Source: Botryllus schlosseri
Taxonomy: Eukaryota
Reading direction: 5' to 3'
Assembly (NCBI GenBank): GCA_051294905.1
Contig: CM119372.1
Location: 27,654,001 to 27,718,000, forward strand
Length of the DNA stretch: 64,000 nt
Position numbers and translations under genes: made by a program. The notes under the pieces are model-generated. The model was given only the letters and a program-made list of their open reading frames with translations. It had not been told where the DNA came from and made no database searches. Shown here one piece after another: positions 38,764 through 52,694 of the stretch; within the stretch, counting starts at the first letter, position 1, and each line of letters opens with the position of its first letter.

Positions 38764-39916
38764 CAGAGGTCTCAAACTCAAATGTGCTCGCGGGCCAGTT
38801 TTCCCGTTTTGACGACGCCGCGGGCCGCACCACTTAGAAGGGTATTCTATGTCTTTCCAAGTAGGCCTTATTTGACGGGAATGAATTGTCCTATTGAAAG
38901 TGAGCCGATCCAGCAGACTGACAGTAAACACACATCGTCAAAATGTGATTTGCTCTTGTATCAATTTAGGCCTGGCACGTAAAGAATCATCACATTTATA
39001 ACTATTTGAATAGAATTGTTGTTGTACTTGATATATAATAATTATAAGATATAGACACCATATGGGCGGACAAATGTATGATGCCATCATAAAAGCTATC
39101 GGGTTATAATTTTGCAGCTACTATGAATATACTGAATTTAACAGATTGATAATAATAGAGACTGATCTGATGTCAAAACATTTTTAGGTTAAGCATTGTA
39201 ATTCCAATCCAAGATTCGGTTGTACTTCTGATAGGCTATTAATCTCATGGCCAAATATCTTCAAATACAGGAGCAGAAAAAATATAAATATGATATAAAT
39301 ATATTAATGAATGTGTCTTAGTGATTGAAATGTCGGAACGCCGAACAGCCCATTGTCGTTACATCGTGGGAGCGTACCACTACGGTAACAGATTGCCCAT
39401 AGTTGCCATAACTACTTGCTTGGTTAGCAAAATACCAAGCTGCGACCTTCTGATCCATTACTAACCCCTGATACGCGATAAGTTTGTTGCGTCCACGGTT
39501 CTAACAAATTCACGGCATTCCGAGTCACTCCGAGTCAACTTAAGTCATTTTCATTTTGCCATCGAGTTAGCCCGAGTCTGAGTAATTCTAAGAAAGGTCG
39601 CGTCCAATTCCAACTGACAAATTTCAGTCACGAATCGTCTTAGAGTCAAGTTTTGTCATCATGAATTGGAAATGTGGCGAAATAGTGAATCTTCCCCTGC
39701 CTGGTAGCGTTTGCAATGGATGTGATAGTGAAGTTTGACGAATAGTTTCAGGCTTTCGGAGCAATTTAAGAGGGAATTTTGACTTTATAACCTGACAAGA
39801 TTTATGTGACACTTATACATTGTCAAATTATTAAAAATCTAAAATGTCGTCGCGGGCCGTACGAAATGCTCTGGCGGGCCGCATGCGGCCCGCGGGCCGG
39901 GTGTTTGAGACCTCTG
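38764..39916. mobile_element. hAT (Charlie-like) MITE; inverted relative at 53771-55588
   Basis: CAGAGGTCTCAAAC / GTTTGAGACCTCTG; GCGGGCCG subterminal motifs; degenerate TSD GTTTAAAA/GTTGAAAC. Confidence 0.82.
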
Positions 39917-39984
39917 GTTGAAACATGTTGCAAATAAGGCCTACTTGAAAATACTCTTTTTGCGACCCGTGGCGCCACCTAAAA

Positions 39985-40538
39985 CTAGAAAATTGGTTCA
40001 CTTGCACATAAGAGTTTGATACATTTAAAAATACAATTGTTCTCTCTCGAGGCATTCTGATAGCAATTTTCATAGTATCGACGTAGGCCCTCTATCTTCC
40101 GATCGACGGACCCGAATTCACGAATATGATGTTCAACGTTATCGTCTGTCTTAGTTACAGATACCATGAACAGCAACAGATTCATAATCGGTTGTTCGTG
40201 TATCAAGATAATGTGTCGCCATTGGTCTACATATTCAGTTTCTTCATCGAACTCCGCGTTTGACGGAGTACAAAACATATATAGCGTCATCATTTTTTAC
40301 CCACTGATATTGTTTAAATTTACATCCAAACGACAGTGACCATTCCTTTGGCGTTCATTCGCGGGACCATCGATAAATCTATTGATACTTCATAGTTTAT
40401 CAACTGTAATATATGCCCGCTGAAGTTGACTATACAGCTACCCACGATAACCGTCAACTTTCCATAACGTAATGGACTTACGGAAGTCTCATTGGATTTT
40501 TCATACAGCCTCCTCATCATAATATTTAGCCACACCAT
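39985..40538 (-). pseudogene. Possible decayed transposase C-terminus (hAT-like)
   Basis: Two adjacent minus-strand ORFs. EFDEETEYVDQWRHII...NLLLFM...DNVE loosely resembles the D..W...P.L...N...ER.FS pattern of hAT dimerisation regions. Confidence 0.3.
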
Positions 40539-40657
40539 AATCGCATTCCTAGAATCAGATATATGTTGAGAATGTTATGACGGTGAGTGGTGTTGCTCTC
40601 AGGATAATCCGGCATATCAACGTTTGTTGATTTGGTTGCCTAAACCATTGTCTACGG

Positions 40658-42135
40658 CAGGGGTTCTCAACTTCCCTTGCATAACGGGCCGCATTTTAAC
40701 AGCAAAATACGTCGCGGGTCGCAGAACATTATTTCCATGTATTTGTGGGCTACTATTAAATTTAGGCTAATGTAGCCTATTTGCGAGTCGTATACGGGCG
40801 TTTAGTACATTTTTCTGCATTCTAAAGCATTAATGGACAGTGTTCGTTAGTTTGCGGTTTTTGTTTTTGTTAGAATAATATTTTCCAGCGGCGCAAATAT
40901 TTCCCGTCATTGAGAGTGCATTGCATTAGTGGCCAAGTCGATATATGCACCTTCAAACCCTTTCACCAGAGAACTGAACTCTCTGTTTCAATGCGCGAGC
41001 GAGGAAGTATATAATTACGGTAGCCTTTTCGTAACAGAGGTCATTGTCACTTTGAGCTCCAGGTGATATGAGAAGTCTGGCATTCGGGTCATTTCAGAAC
41101 AAACCAATCAACCCTACTCCTTTCCTTCTATGGCTGGAGCCCTGCACCACTCGTCATACAGATAGGAGTCAGCGTTGTCAAATTGATGTTTTTCGATCGA
41201 TCCTCCCCGCGTTTGCCCTGCCAGCATTTCCACTCTGATAAAAAGCACCCAGATAATTTGCTATGCAATGTCTGTGAAGTCAGTGGATTCGTCCGATGCT
41301 AGGCTAAAGTACTCTACGCAGCAGCGTATTTCAGAGCATGCGATGAAAGATCGACTGACATTGCGGTTACTCTTCTGGTTATGGTTTCATCAGACAACTG
41401 TAGCTTCAACATTTGTCAGGTGATGTTGTCCTTGCTGTTAAGTTCGGGAAGCAGCGAATATTCGCACAGTATGTTTAGGTTTTATTGAAATGACAACTTC
41501 TCTGACAAATTTCATGGATTTAGCGATATTCCAAGCAATTTTGAACCATGCGTCTGTAACATCGTCGACAATTTTAACAATGCCACGAAATATGGATTGG
41601 TGGGTTTGCACCTAGCTAGCAATGTTTTTTTCTAACATCAGGCGATACGTATAACTTCAGAAGAAAGTGTCTTAGTATAAATTTAAGCTTCTACGCTTCG
41701 TTACGACAACTGATCTTCGACAAATATGTCACATTGGTTTTCTATTTGTATCTGAGAAAGCAAATTGATTGTTCCACGCAGACTTACAAACCCAGTTCCA
41801 GCCGTCTAATTTCCCCTTCCTTGTTCTTGCATCTGTTCAAACCATTCGTGGTGAGTGAAACAGTCCTTAAAAGTGTACTCCACAACGGAATTGTCTTGAA
41901 CCAGCGTCCAGCCGAATATCGATTCAAAACAATAACAATCTACACTCGAGCATATATCAAGAAACCAGAAAACATCAGAGAATCAGAAATCAAGCGAAAC
42001 AGAGACTGTACGATAAGAGAGCTAAGTAGCGAAATTATAATTTAACAATATCGTGCCAGTAGAAATTGCGTCTACAATGAATGATGTTGCGTGCCGCAAA
42101 ATAGCCGTCTGCGGGCCGCGGGTTGAGAATCCCTG
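40658..42135 (-). mobile_element. hAT (Buster/SPIN, GTF2IRD2-like) deletion derivative with N-terminal transposase remnant
   Basis: TIR CAGGGGTTCTCAAC / GTTGAGAATCCCTG; exact TSD GTCTACGG; motifs KPM*HIC, FKIAWNIAKS, LSDETITRRV, YFSLASDESTDFTDIA. Confidence 0.92.
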
Positions 42136-43069
42136 GTCTACGGCGACGGCAGAATTGTTTACTAACCCGGTTTCACAATAGTATGCTGAGCTCTTACCTT
42201 TCTCTACATTGAATCAAATCTTCTCTGTAAATCGCAATCAGTTTCTTGTATATGTATGATTGCTCGCGGTTGATTATTCGAAGAACTGTGTTGTCTAGTA
42301 TAGAAATGCAATCGGATTAGACCAGTGGCTCCTAAAGTGGGGGCCAGCGAATGGGGTGTTCGCAATGAAATGAGTGATTTAGGACGCTGACTATAAAGTG
42401 GGCGGTGCTGGGGCGCTGATAGCAAATGAGGGCTGTGCAGGTTCAATATGAAACGATTGATGAACGATTTTGAAACGATTGATGTATAAGGGGCAAAATA
42501 CGTAGTAACACATGCAAAATCAATTCAGCCAAGGCAATTTATGGCGGATATAACAATCGGTCTTTTATCGATCAGCTCAACCGGAAAAGTTCATTGTTGC
42601 TTAACAATTTTGATCCTGACCATCAATGGACTTATTCAGCAATCGGCATAATCACAAGAAAGCGTGGTTCATTGTGTGTTTTGGGAACTGCGAAGAATTT
42701 GAACACTTATTGCTGCACAGCGTGGCATCGGGAAACTGGCTTGCGCCATTGTACACTCCATTTCAACTATCGTGAACTTTTCATACATTGCGAGAGGCGT
42801 TATCGCTTATACTTAACGGAGATATTCTCCAAATTTTACGAGTCCAACTTATACGGTCTTTGTGATGATGAAATCTGATCAAGGTGGCAATGACACTCTC
42901 CGGATTCAGTAATAATCACGTGATATATCAACGATATTTATCAATACGTGAACTTTTCCAACTCTCAACCTTGCCTGAGCTTGATGCCCGTCCCTTCCGC
43001 ATATCAAATTTTGATGTATAAAATAATCCTTCCGAGAAACTGAACAAATAATAGGGTAATTTGATTTCA

Positions 43070-44460
43070 GGATATCTTCCGAGAGGGATCGACTGTCCTA
43101 GAACTGATGCATATTTATTTCTATTGTAAAGTAACAAGCACTTCAGGTTTCGTGTGGAGCTGTTAGTAAGCAGTCTCCATTCATCAGGTTGTCTAAAATA
43201 GACGATGCAGAAGAACCCTTCATATCATGTCAATAAACCAAATGAAAAACAGTTCAGAAACAGCTTTCTTCGATTCCCATAAAATGTGACAATCTGTGGC
43301 AGTCGTCGGGAATCTTTTTTGTCCGAAGAGCCATATTGCCCTTTTATTTTCCATTTGAACTCCAAAAGAGCCATACATGTCAATCAACAACTACGTCACA
43401 GTTGAAAAATCGTGACGTCATGTTACCACAAATTCGAAATCACTACATGGCATTTGTCGTTTTCACCGTATTTTGTTAGGGGAGGAAAGTGTGGTAGTAC
43501 CTCACCTGTCTACTAGATTTTGTACATTTTTACCACCAAAATCACGTAACTTGCCTATTTATTGTTCAAAAATACACCACGAAAGAAGAGGTATGGTATA
43601 GGTGAGGCACGGCCGGGCGATGCCTTATTACCTGTGATAGCTCAATTCATCATAAATATCAAAGAATTTACAATAACTGATACTCATCGATTTAAATTGT
43701 CGCACTGATGTAGATTTGACTTCTAAATTAATAAAGTATTCAGCGATAACATAACATTGCGCCACCCGCCTACAGCGACTACAAATGTACGTTATCAATC
43801 AAGGACGTGGATAGCTATGGCGTTGTTTGTAATGTGAATTTCGAATTGTGAAAGTCACTTCCACAATAGTTTATTTCTCGCCATCCATCATGAAGACAAT
43901 GTGTATTTGAAAACTGCATTGTAAAACAGGCGTCGTCATGTCTCCTAGCCTCTTAGATCAATCAAGATATCGTGGTGGGTGCATCAAATTTGCGAGTAAT
44001 ATTGTTCGTCAGCGCGACGGTAGCCTAAATTTTGTGATTTTGAAAATAGGGTCTGAGCCCCTACTCCCGAATACGCCACTGTATTAACCTCTAAAAGACA
44101 TGTTTATACTGCCACAAGAATACTTATACTGGCCGTGTTAAAGATTTATAAACAAATTGTCGCAATATTGATAAATTAGGCACAAAAATGAAAAGTTCGC
44201 AAAGAGCCATATCTTATTCCCAAAAGAGCCATATATGGCTCGCGAGTCATAGGTTCCCGACCACTGATATATGGGAACTGGAGAAGACGAATTAGCATGA
44301 TAACTACTCGTGGTGATTAATGATGATAAATTTTTTCAAGTTACCATGATAAGCACTTTTTCCATTGGAAAAGCATATATCCAGTTTCTTTTACTGTTTC
44401 AAGACTAGTTTAAAGGGCCACATATTCGGGTCATGTACCAGAGTGAACAATTTTCTTCTA
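43070..44460 (-). pseudogene. Chapaev3-type transposase remnant interrupted by a hAT MITE (43300-44266)
   Basis: SSSPVP, LVY*HDMKG, PDEWRLLTNSSTRNLKCLLLYNRNKYASVLGQS. MITE ends CAGTCGTCGGGAA / TTCCCGACCACTG with TSD ATCTGTGG/ATATATGG. Confidence 0.8.
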
Positions 44461-44629
44461 CATAATATACCAACAATACAATGTTTATTGTTTGCAAAAT
44501 TTTACGTTTTACAGAAGAGCAGTGTGCTGTCAGATAATGTGTGACCGAATTACTCTACATGACAGATGTATAAAGATAGATAACGTGGAACTAAACTAGG
44601 TACATAGCTACTAATCACAATCTTTAAAC

Positions 44630-45508
44630 CAGTGGTTCCCAACCTTTTATTCCCCGTGGCCCCCTTGCGCAGGCTTCTACCACCGGTGGCTCCCTGCTTA
44701 CCGTGACGTCACGTAGGGCCATTCTTTCTTCACAAGCGTGACGAACCCCCCTTTGACACCAATCATCGCTGGAGCACCATCCGTACATCTTGACGTAGCC
44801 TAATACAACTATACCGGGATACCGGCATTACAGATTTCTCACGTACGGCATACCGCATGATTTTCATACTGGCATACCGCCCACCCCATACGGCAGAACA
44901 ACACACAGGTACAGGCTCAAGTCACTAACATTGCCCAGCTGGGAACATCCACCGTAGGCCACCATTCGCAAACCCTGCCCAGGGCTGCAATGAATGTACC
45001 TTTGATGTAGTTCTTCGGGCATCACGTTCCGGGAAAGACTAGCCCTAGAACGGTGCGATCTGCGTTTTTTTCGTAGACCCGAGATATTTACTCGATATCG
45101 TCGAACCGTAAATTCATTACTCATATTGTTTAATATCGTACCAACCCCTTCCTCCCGACAGAGAGTGATAGAGAAACTACAACTAGCCTGCTGAGGAGGT
45201 ACAACCGCTAACTAGGACCTCGTCTTCGTTATCTGCATGTCAGATTCAGCCATCTCTGATCCTCGACTTTACCACAATTGTGATCATATTTGAAACTTCA
45301 CGCGCTATCGTAACAGTGACGTACGAAGCACCCACTGTGATGCAGTGGATCCGATCTTACGCAGCAGACTGCACGACACCGAAGAAATAGCACGAATTCA
45401 AAATAGTCAAATGAAAAAGTTGGTGAAAAATCTTTCGTTATCGTGGCCCCCCTGTAACTGTCTCGTGGCCCCCCAAGGGGGCCACGGGCCCCCGGTTGGG
45501 AACCACTG
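44630..45508. mobile_element. hAT MITE
   Basis: Perfect TIR CAGTGGTTCCCAACC; exact TSD CTTTAAAC. Confidence 0.93.
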
Positions 45509-46865
45509 CTTTAAACGAAGGGGGGTATATAAATATGACAACTACTACCGACTAAAATTAGTTGCGTCCACATATAAATTTATGGGTCGAAAAGGGGTCC
45601 TGATCGAAGGAAAATAGAGTACCACCGGATTCAAGTTCAACAAAAACTCAGTTATTCTGTTCTACAACAAATCCGGTTTCATCTTTGTAGATGATCTCGA
45701 TAACAATTTTTGATGTGCTGTTGTTGTACGCTGACCGCAATGTCACTAACGAATGCCTAAATTTGATTATTTTATGAAAATGTTGAAAATTCATACGGAA
45801 AGAATCTGATTTGATGGAGAAATTCTTAGCAGGGAATCGGATTCAGCAATTTTGAATTAGCCCAAGTCAATCATAAAAATTTTGGGAGTCGAAAATTCTT
45901 TTGAAATTTGTAGACCAGTGATATTCGTGAAATTTTATTCGCGCTAGGACGCAGTTAAACTCGAGTTGATATTCGATTTTAATATAGTAGTGTCCTATTG
46001 TAATCTGAGCCCCACTATGCAGATGCGAACTATATCGACAATCCTGATGGGATGTCAAGAAATCAGTATGCAACAAAGGAGACTAATAACATTTGGCTAA
46101 CCCATAGATGCAGCAGAGCATTAATAAGTATTGACCTTGAATTTTCGAAGACTCCCCCTTTATCAACTCTACCGGTGAATCTAATCACATGGGATGAAAA
46201 GGATTAATATTTGATAGTAATATGTGAAACTACACTAATATTAATGACAAATTTCACTCATGAATATGCGAAATTTGTGCTTGGTGCAAAGTGGCCCGCG
46301 ACCCGTTTTGAGTTGACTATCCCTGGCCTAATCCATCTTTGGACTCTATTATACTGTATACAATTCGATATTTCGGCAGCCTTTACTCACGAGACATTAA
46401 ATGCTTACTATTATAACGGCCATCTTCGCAGAACACGACTGTGCAGTTAAAAGGGTCCTTCTTCGAAATCCGGGCGGTTTGATTCACGCATTGAATCCCG
46501 GAAAAGTCCGAGCATTCAAAAAGCGACGTCCAACTCGTATCGCTCTTATTGGCAAAGCTGAAAAACAAGTATAATGTGAATGAGTAAGAACTTCCGTAGT
46601 AGTACAGTGCACATTCTATTCATATTCGGCCATGCAAACCTGCAGTTGGCAATTCGCTACCATGCCGATGATAACTTTGAAATCTATGCATGTGAAATGA
46701 AGTAGCGAGGTAATTCCACGTATTCATGTCGGTTTTGACTACTCTTGCTAGTAACTTAAATTCGTTATGATTTGGCACAGCTTTTACTTACCTGCTTAGT
46801 GCTTGCACGCCTTTTGCAATCAAACCACTTCTTTTGTAAGATTTGATATTTAGCAAGTTTAAAGT

Positions 46866-47303
46866 GGTTCTATACCAATACCGAGAAAACCATTACCGAG
46901 AATGGACATTACCGAGAATGTCATTACCGAGAATGGACATTACCGAGAATGGACATTACCGAGAATGGTCATTACCGAGAATGTCATTACCGAGAATGGA
47001 CATTGCCGAGAATGACCAATGTCAAGAATATAGCTTACTGGGACTGACGTTTTCGAGAAATTTATACCTGAGCATCGATACCGAATGTGGCGACGCCGTG
47101 ATGCACAGACACGACCTGTGCATATGCATAACATGCCTGCATTGCATATATTACATTATCGGTAATGTCCATTCTCGGTGGTGTCCATTCTCGGTAATGT
47201 CCATTCTCTGTGGTGTCCGTTCTCGGTAATGTCCATTCTCGGTGGTGTCCATTCTCGGTAATGGCATTCTCGGTAATGGTTTTCTCGGTATTGACCGGAC
47301 ACC
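46866..47303. mobile_element. Foldback/MULE-like MITE with 15-17-bp tandem repeats in its TIRs
   Basis: (CATTACCGAGAATGGA)n on the left, inverted on the right; exact 9-bp TSD GTTTAAAGT. Confidence 0.88.
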
Positions 47304-47850
47304 GTTTAAAGTAGTTTCCAGATCAGACCTGGACATTATGCGGCCGGCGACATGATTCTCCTCGACCCGCGAATGGATCATTGGAATTTAGATTGTTATA
47401 TCTATTTGTTAGTGTTAATGCGCGGATAAAAACTGCTGTATAAACTGATCCAGAAATACATTTACTTTGAAGTCTAGTTTATTTATGTACCGTGATTACA
47501 CTACGCATACGTCGTGTGAGTAATCCAGGCTCACAATAAAGCTAATTTTGCCGCAACAATTGAGGTTTCAAGTCACCATTTTCATATTCATGTTCAAATG
47601 TTGTTAGTTGCCAGGTCTATGCTTTTAACTGTTACGATATACCGTTCATAATCCTTATTCTTAAATATTACAATCAGTGCAAGGGATCAGCGGTCATCTT
47701 TCCTCAAACGAATGTAGGCCATGCAATCAAAGATGATATACTGAAGGCCCACATTTCAACAATATTTAGAGCATGGGTGGGTAAACTACGGCCCGCGGTT
47801 AGCATGCGGCCTTCAACACCATTTGTGCAGCCCGCAAAAGGCTTCAGAAG

Positions 47851-49338
47851 CAATGTTCCCTCTAAGCTGCGCACGTGCGCAAATGCGCAGTGCTGAAACG
47901 GTCTCTGCGCACAGAAAATCTACGCTGCGCACAAAAAATCAGAAATTATGTTTCTTTTATAGTTGTTGCGCACTGTTGTCCAATGGACCACGCAGGCGCG
48001 CAGATTCTTGAAAATTAAGATGGAACATTGTCAGGGCCAAATAGTATTATCACTAAAGTCTGAAATCGAGGTCTAAGTGCGCCCCACAAAGTTATCTATT
48101 GCGCTCCGTGAAGAAATAAGAATTCACAATCACGTGTGCCTCACGGAACATATTTATTTAGCATGGCCTCGTACGCGTGAGCGATACTGATATCATTTCA
48201 ATAGTGCATTATTTTCTGGGAATGATGAAATAACATGGTTATGAACAATAATGGGGTAGCTTGAAGTTAATCTCCGAGAAACTAACGAATAGTCTTTTCC
48301 GCGTGGCATGGACATTGCGTAAGATTTACTCAGGACCGTAACTTTCGCACCCAAATCCCCCAAGTGGAGGGGCCGAGCTCGAAGGGAGTCCAAAATTATT
48401 TCGAGAATGAACATAAAATATGGTGTAATTTTTTTTTAAGTTTTCAGGAATTTTTTTTGCGCTACGCGCGTTTTACTGTTGTCAGATATCTGATTATTGG
48501 GTACCCTTTCCCAACAAAAATTACGCATTATTTATAGAAATGGGCAGTTGAGCGTCGGCCATTACCGCACCATGACGCGCCAAGACATATGAAGTTAAAG
48601 GCTATGTAACATGCGACTCCAAGAAGTGCGCCAGAAAGATCAGCAGCGAAAAATCCTTGGGCGAAAAAGACTGCCCCGGTGCTGACCGAAAACTTCGATA
48701 TTTACAAATATATGTGTAATTGTCTATGTCCATGTCCATATGGGCCTAAATGGCTGGCGCCGAATGCTCCTGTCCTGACGATCCGAGTCCCACAACAAGA
48801 CAAATGCCATATCGAGAGAACATTATTTTCCAGTTAAGAAATACCAATTTAAAATCGTGTACGTCTTTTACTTTAGTACGTTTTGTCGATTTCAACATCT
48901 TTTGACATAGCAGATAGGGGGTCACGAAATAGCATCATGTAACGAAGTCATTATATCAACGGGTACGCCCAAATATCTTTTATTATTATTTAGAGGGCAT
49001 ATCTATTCCAACACACCTCACTGGATCAGCTCTACCGGTAAATCTGTTTATGTGAGCTGGGAGAGGATAAAAATTGATAGCAATATATATATGCAATGTC
49101 CGATCATATTGGCCGATGCAATCATGAATTATACAAATTTTTCGCGGTTCGCGCGTTTAGGGGCGCTGCTACTAAATGGGCACCCAATGTAGATGATAAG
49201 TACCGGAAAATCCTAGAGCCCTGGGGAGTCTGGGGGGCAAAACCCCCAGTAGTTAGTTTTATCACCCTATTGGTTGCGCACTATTGTCCGAAAGTTGGTG
49301 TGTTTGCGCAGACTCTTGAAAAATTAGAGGGAACATTG
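47851..49338. mobile_element. hAT-type element with TGCGCA repeats
   Basis: TIR CAATGTTCCCTCTAA / TTAGAGGGAACATTG; exact TSD TTCAGAAG; an extra internal right end at ~48013-48030. Confidence 0.9.
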
Positions 49339-49451
49339 TTCAGAAGTATTAAAAATAATAATTAAATGCGTAACCTACTACAAATCTAATCACTGCAGGA
49401 CGCCATTAAACCTTATAAGATATATCACCAATTATCACGATAATTATATAT

Positions 49452-52400
49452 GAGAGAGAGAGAGAGAATAAATTTATTCGTCAACTATGAAATGTAGTGT
49501 AGGCAATGTCCACAAACATTCACGTCCAATAGTACACATTTGTTTTTCAAATATTTTGCTAACTATATTAGACTGGGAGTCCCGATATGACCGGAGTCTT
49601 CTAGGCCGTAGTCACCCAAGCATATTTGGCAGTATTAGTAATAATATGGATCAATTTCTTCTCTCAGTCGAGTAACACAGCAAAGAGTAACGAAATAAAC
49701 AAAAGTAAATAGACAGCAACACCAATGAAAGACGGTGTTCACTGTAAACAGTGTGGTCACAAAAATAACAATTTCACCCATGAACACAGTGGTAATATTA
49801 TTGTAACATACAAAATGAAACAAAACAACAGTAAAAACAACATGACCAAGGTCATGAGATATGTTATTCTGAATACTTGGATAAGATAAATTTGCAATAG
49901 TGAGCTTTAAACTTATGATAAGGAAGAGTACGGTCGATAATTGGTTCGTTGTTCCAAAATCTCACACCTATATGAATTAGGGAATTTCTTGACAGTCTTG
50001 ATGATTTCAATTTAACAAATAGGGACTCATTCTATGAGAATCTCGTGTTGTAATGGTGAATTGAATTGGGGCATTGAAAGACGCTGTCTGAATAGTCAGG
50101 TAATGTTCTTTCAATATATTGTTATATGATTTTTACAATTTCAAATTCATACAAATCCGAGACCTTGAGAATGCCCTATTTATTAAATTCAGGACAAACA
50201 CTGCTACGTGCAGGTGTATTGGATATAATCCTAATGGCTTTGTTTGGTAATACCTGGAGCTTGTTGATGTGGTACTTGTGAGATGGCAGTATGGACGAGC
50301 GCAGGATAAACAGGTTGGAGAAGTGATATTCGAGCTAGCCTCTTCAGGCGATAGAGTGCAGCAATGCCACGAGATATTTTGCTTGCTATGTGGTTGATGT
50401 AATGGTCCCATACTAGATTATCATCAATAATAATACCTAGATACTTGACATTTGACTAGTTTTAATCAAAGAGTCCTTCAGTTCGAATCCTGCAATCACA
50501 TTGTTAAGAGATCCTTCAGTGTCGAATACTAGATTTTTGGTTTTGAGAGGATTGATGTAATTTATTTGAAGATACCCAATTGCTAATGGAGGCTCGCTCA
50601 GAGTTAGTATTGGTAATAGCAGATGCATAGTCAAATCCAGATGTGACAATGCTAGTATCATCTGCAAAGAGTGTGATATTTCCTGGGGAGGAGTAGACAA
50701 TATCATTTTTAAATATGATTAATAATAGTGGCCCTAACACAGAGCCTTGTTGAACACATGTAGTACTGGTAGTTCAAATGACTTGATTGAGTTCATTTCA
50801 ACAAATTGTTATCGATTTCTCATGTAGGAACTGAAAAGTGTTTTTTTCAATTCTACGGACTCCGTATAGGGATGGTGTGAACGTGAGGTTCACGTTCGTG
50901 TTCTGTGTGTGAACCTCTGAAATTTAGAGGTTCACGTTCACAAACGAACCTTAGTAGGTTCTGCACTGTGAACCTTTTTCATATATTATAATTTTCACTT
51001 CATTATAACATATTTGGTTGAAATATATTGCGTTTCAACTGCGGGTCACTATATGCATGGCGCTGGCAGCATAAAAATGAACACTAAACGAGCATGCACC
51101 TTTGACAATCTCAAAAAAATTAGTTGCTTTATACAAACGTATGTCTGAATAGTCAATGACGCTGCGAGCTTGACCCGCTCCCGCAATCACACAACATCAG
51201 TACAGAAATAAACTACATGTAGGTAGGTAGTCCGCGACGGATGCTTATTCAACCAATCAATGAAATTGATATCATTGTGTATAAGAAATCTAGCAGGCGT
51301 ACTGCGTCAATCTTGAATTCATATGTTTATTGTATGTTTATTGTATTGTATTGACTACGGTTGTATAACTTGTTAACGGGGTGATATCGGTAGCAAGTAG
51401 AGAAACCCGCTTTACACTCTTGCTCAATAGCTCAGTATCAACAGGGCAATTCTCAGACGCCGAATAAGTTGTGCGGTCCTGCCTGGACCGTGAAGGCAGA
51501 AGCTTATATTCCCATGCAAACACTCGTCGAAATTGTCGGCAAAGCGACGGAGGATATTGATTTTATGGGAATATTATATCATTTGATTGCCCCAGTTGGT
51601 ACATTTGACGACCTCTAAAACGTCAATATGTACTTCAGCATTGTGGCATTGTGTGGCACGAGTCGTCGCTAAGTATCGTGTTCAACAATATAGGCTCTCA
51701 CTTCACTGAAATGCAGCGATGGAATTAGCAATATGATGTCACGTGACGTCATGAGGTTCACGTTCGTGTTCACACAGAACCTTTCAAAAAGGTTCGCGTT
51801 CACACGAACCCGAACCTTTCAGAGGTTCACACCATCCCTACTCCGTAATACTCAAGTTTTTTTTATTAAGATAGTATGATCAACGGTGTCAAACGCTTTT
51901 TTCAGACCGAGAAATACTCCACATCCAGTTTGCTTAGCGCACAATTAATGATATAGTATCGAGGTCATATGAATAACAGCTTAAGAGGTAGTATTATTCC
52001 GTCGAAATCCGAATTGGCATTGATTTAACAATTTTTCGTGGCATAAGAAATCATTTAGTCTTCGAAATAGCAGTTTTTCAAAGATAATTGCAAAGGGTGA
52101 CATGATAGGTATTGGCCGGTAGTTCGAGATAATGTCTCTGTCACCATTTTTAATAAAGGAATTACTCTAGCTATTCTGAGATAATTTGAGAAGATTCCTT
52201 GACGTAAAGAGTGATTATAGAGAGTAACCAAACTATCACTGAGTTGCCTTCCAATTATTTAACAATATAATTTGGTAGCATATCATAACCTTGAGACTAT
52301 TTGTTTTCTAGTGATGCATTCATTTTTGTTTTAAATGCAATCCTAGACGTACAACTAACTTGTTTCTCACCACACGTCGTACCAACTGAATTACGTATGT

Positions 52401-52530
52401 TACTTGAAAGTACCGGTGTTCATTGGTTATTCCTGTTAGCACTATACCGCAACACCAATGGACAGCAAGAAAGAAACTTTTAATGAGAGAATTAAAGCTC
52501 GTCAATACGAGGTATGACAGTACTCCCAAC
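49452..52530 (-). mobile_element. 5'-truncated CR1/L2-group LINE with RT pseudogene
   Basis: NYRPI, QFGFRR, GVFLGLKKAFDTVDH, VQQGSVLGPLL, LFADDT in order; 3' AATAAA plus (TC)n tail; interrupted by 50867-51840. Confidence 0.92.
50867..51840. mobile_element. MITE with GTGAAC/GTTCAC repeats; partial inverted copy at ~2445-2682
   Basis: TIR TAGGGATGGTGTGAAC / GTTCACACCATCCCTA; TSD CTCCGTA (7 bp). Confidence 0.9.
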
Positions 52531-52694
52531 ACTCTTCGCCTACTACCCGCAGTTTCAGAACCACTGGTCTAAGCTTTTGTCTCGGCCCGTCAACACATCT
52601 TATACTTTAAATTAGACCGCCAGGAAATATAAATGCCCACCCCTGTTCTAGAAGAATTTACCGAGTGATCACCATCCACTAAGTTGCTCTATAG

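Noticed and set aside
46843..47381. Repetitive ORFs and a CRISPR-like regular repeat
   Set aside because: Units are contiguous without unique spacers, inverted in the two arms and flanked by a 9-bp TSD: a foldback MITE. No cas genes, and the context is eukaryotic.
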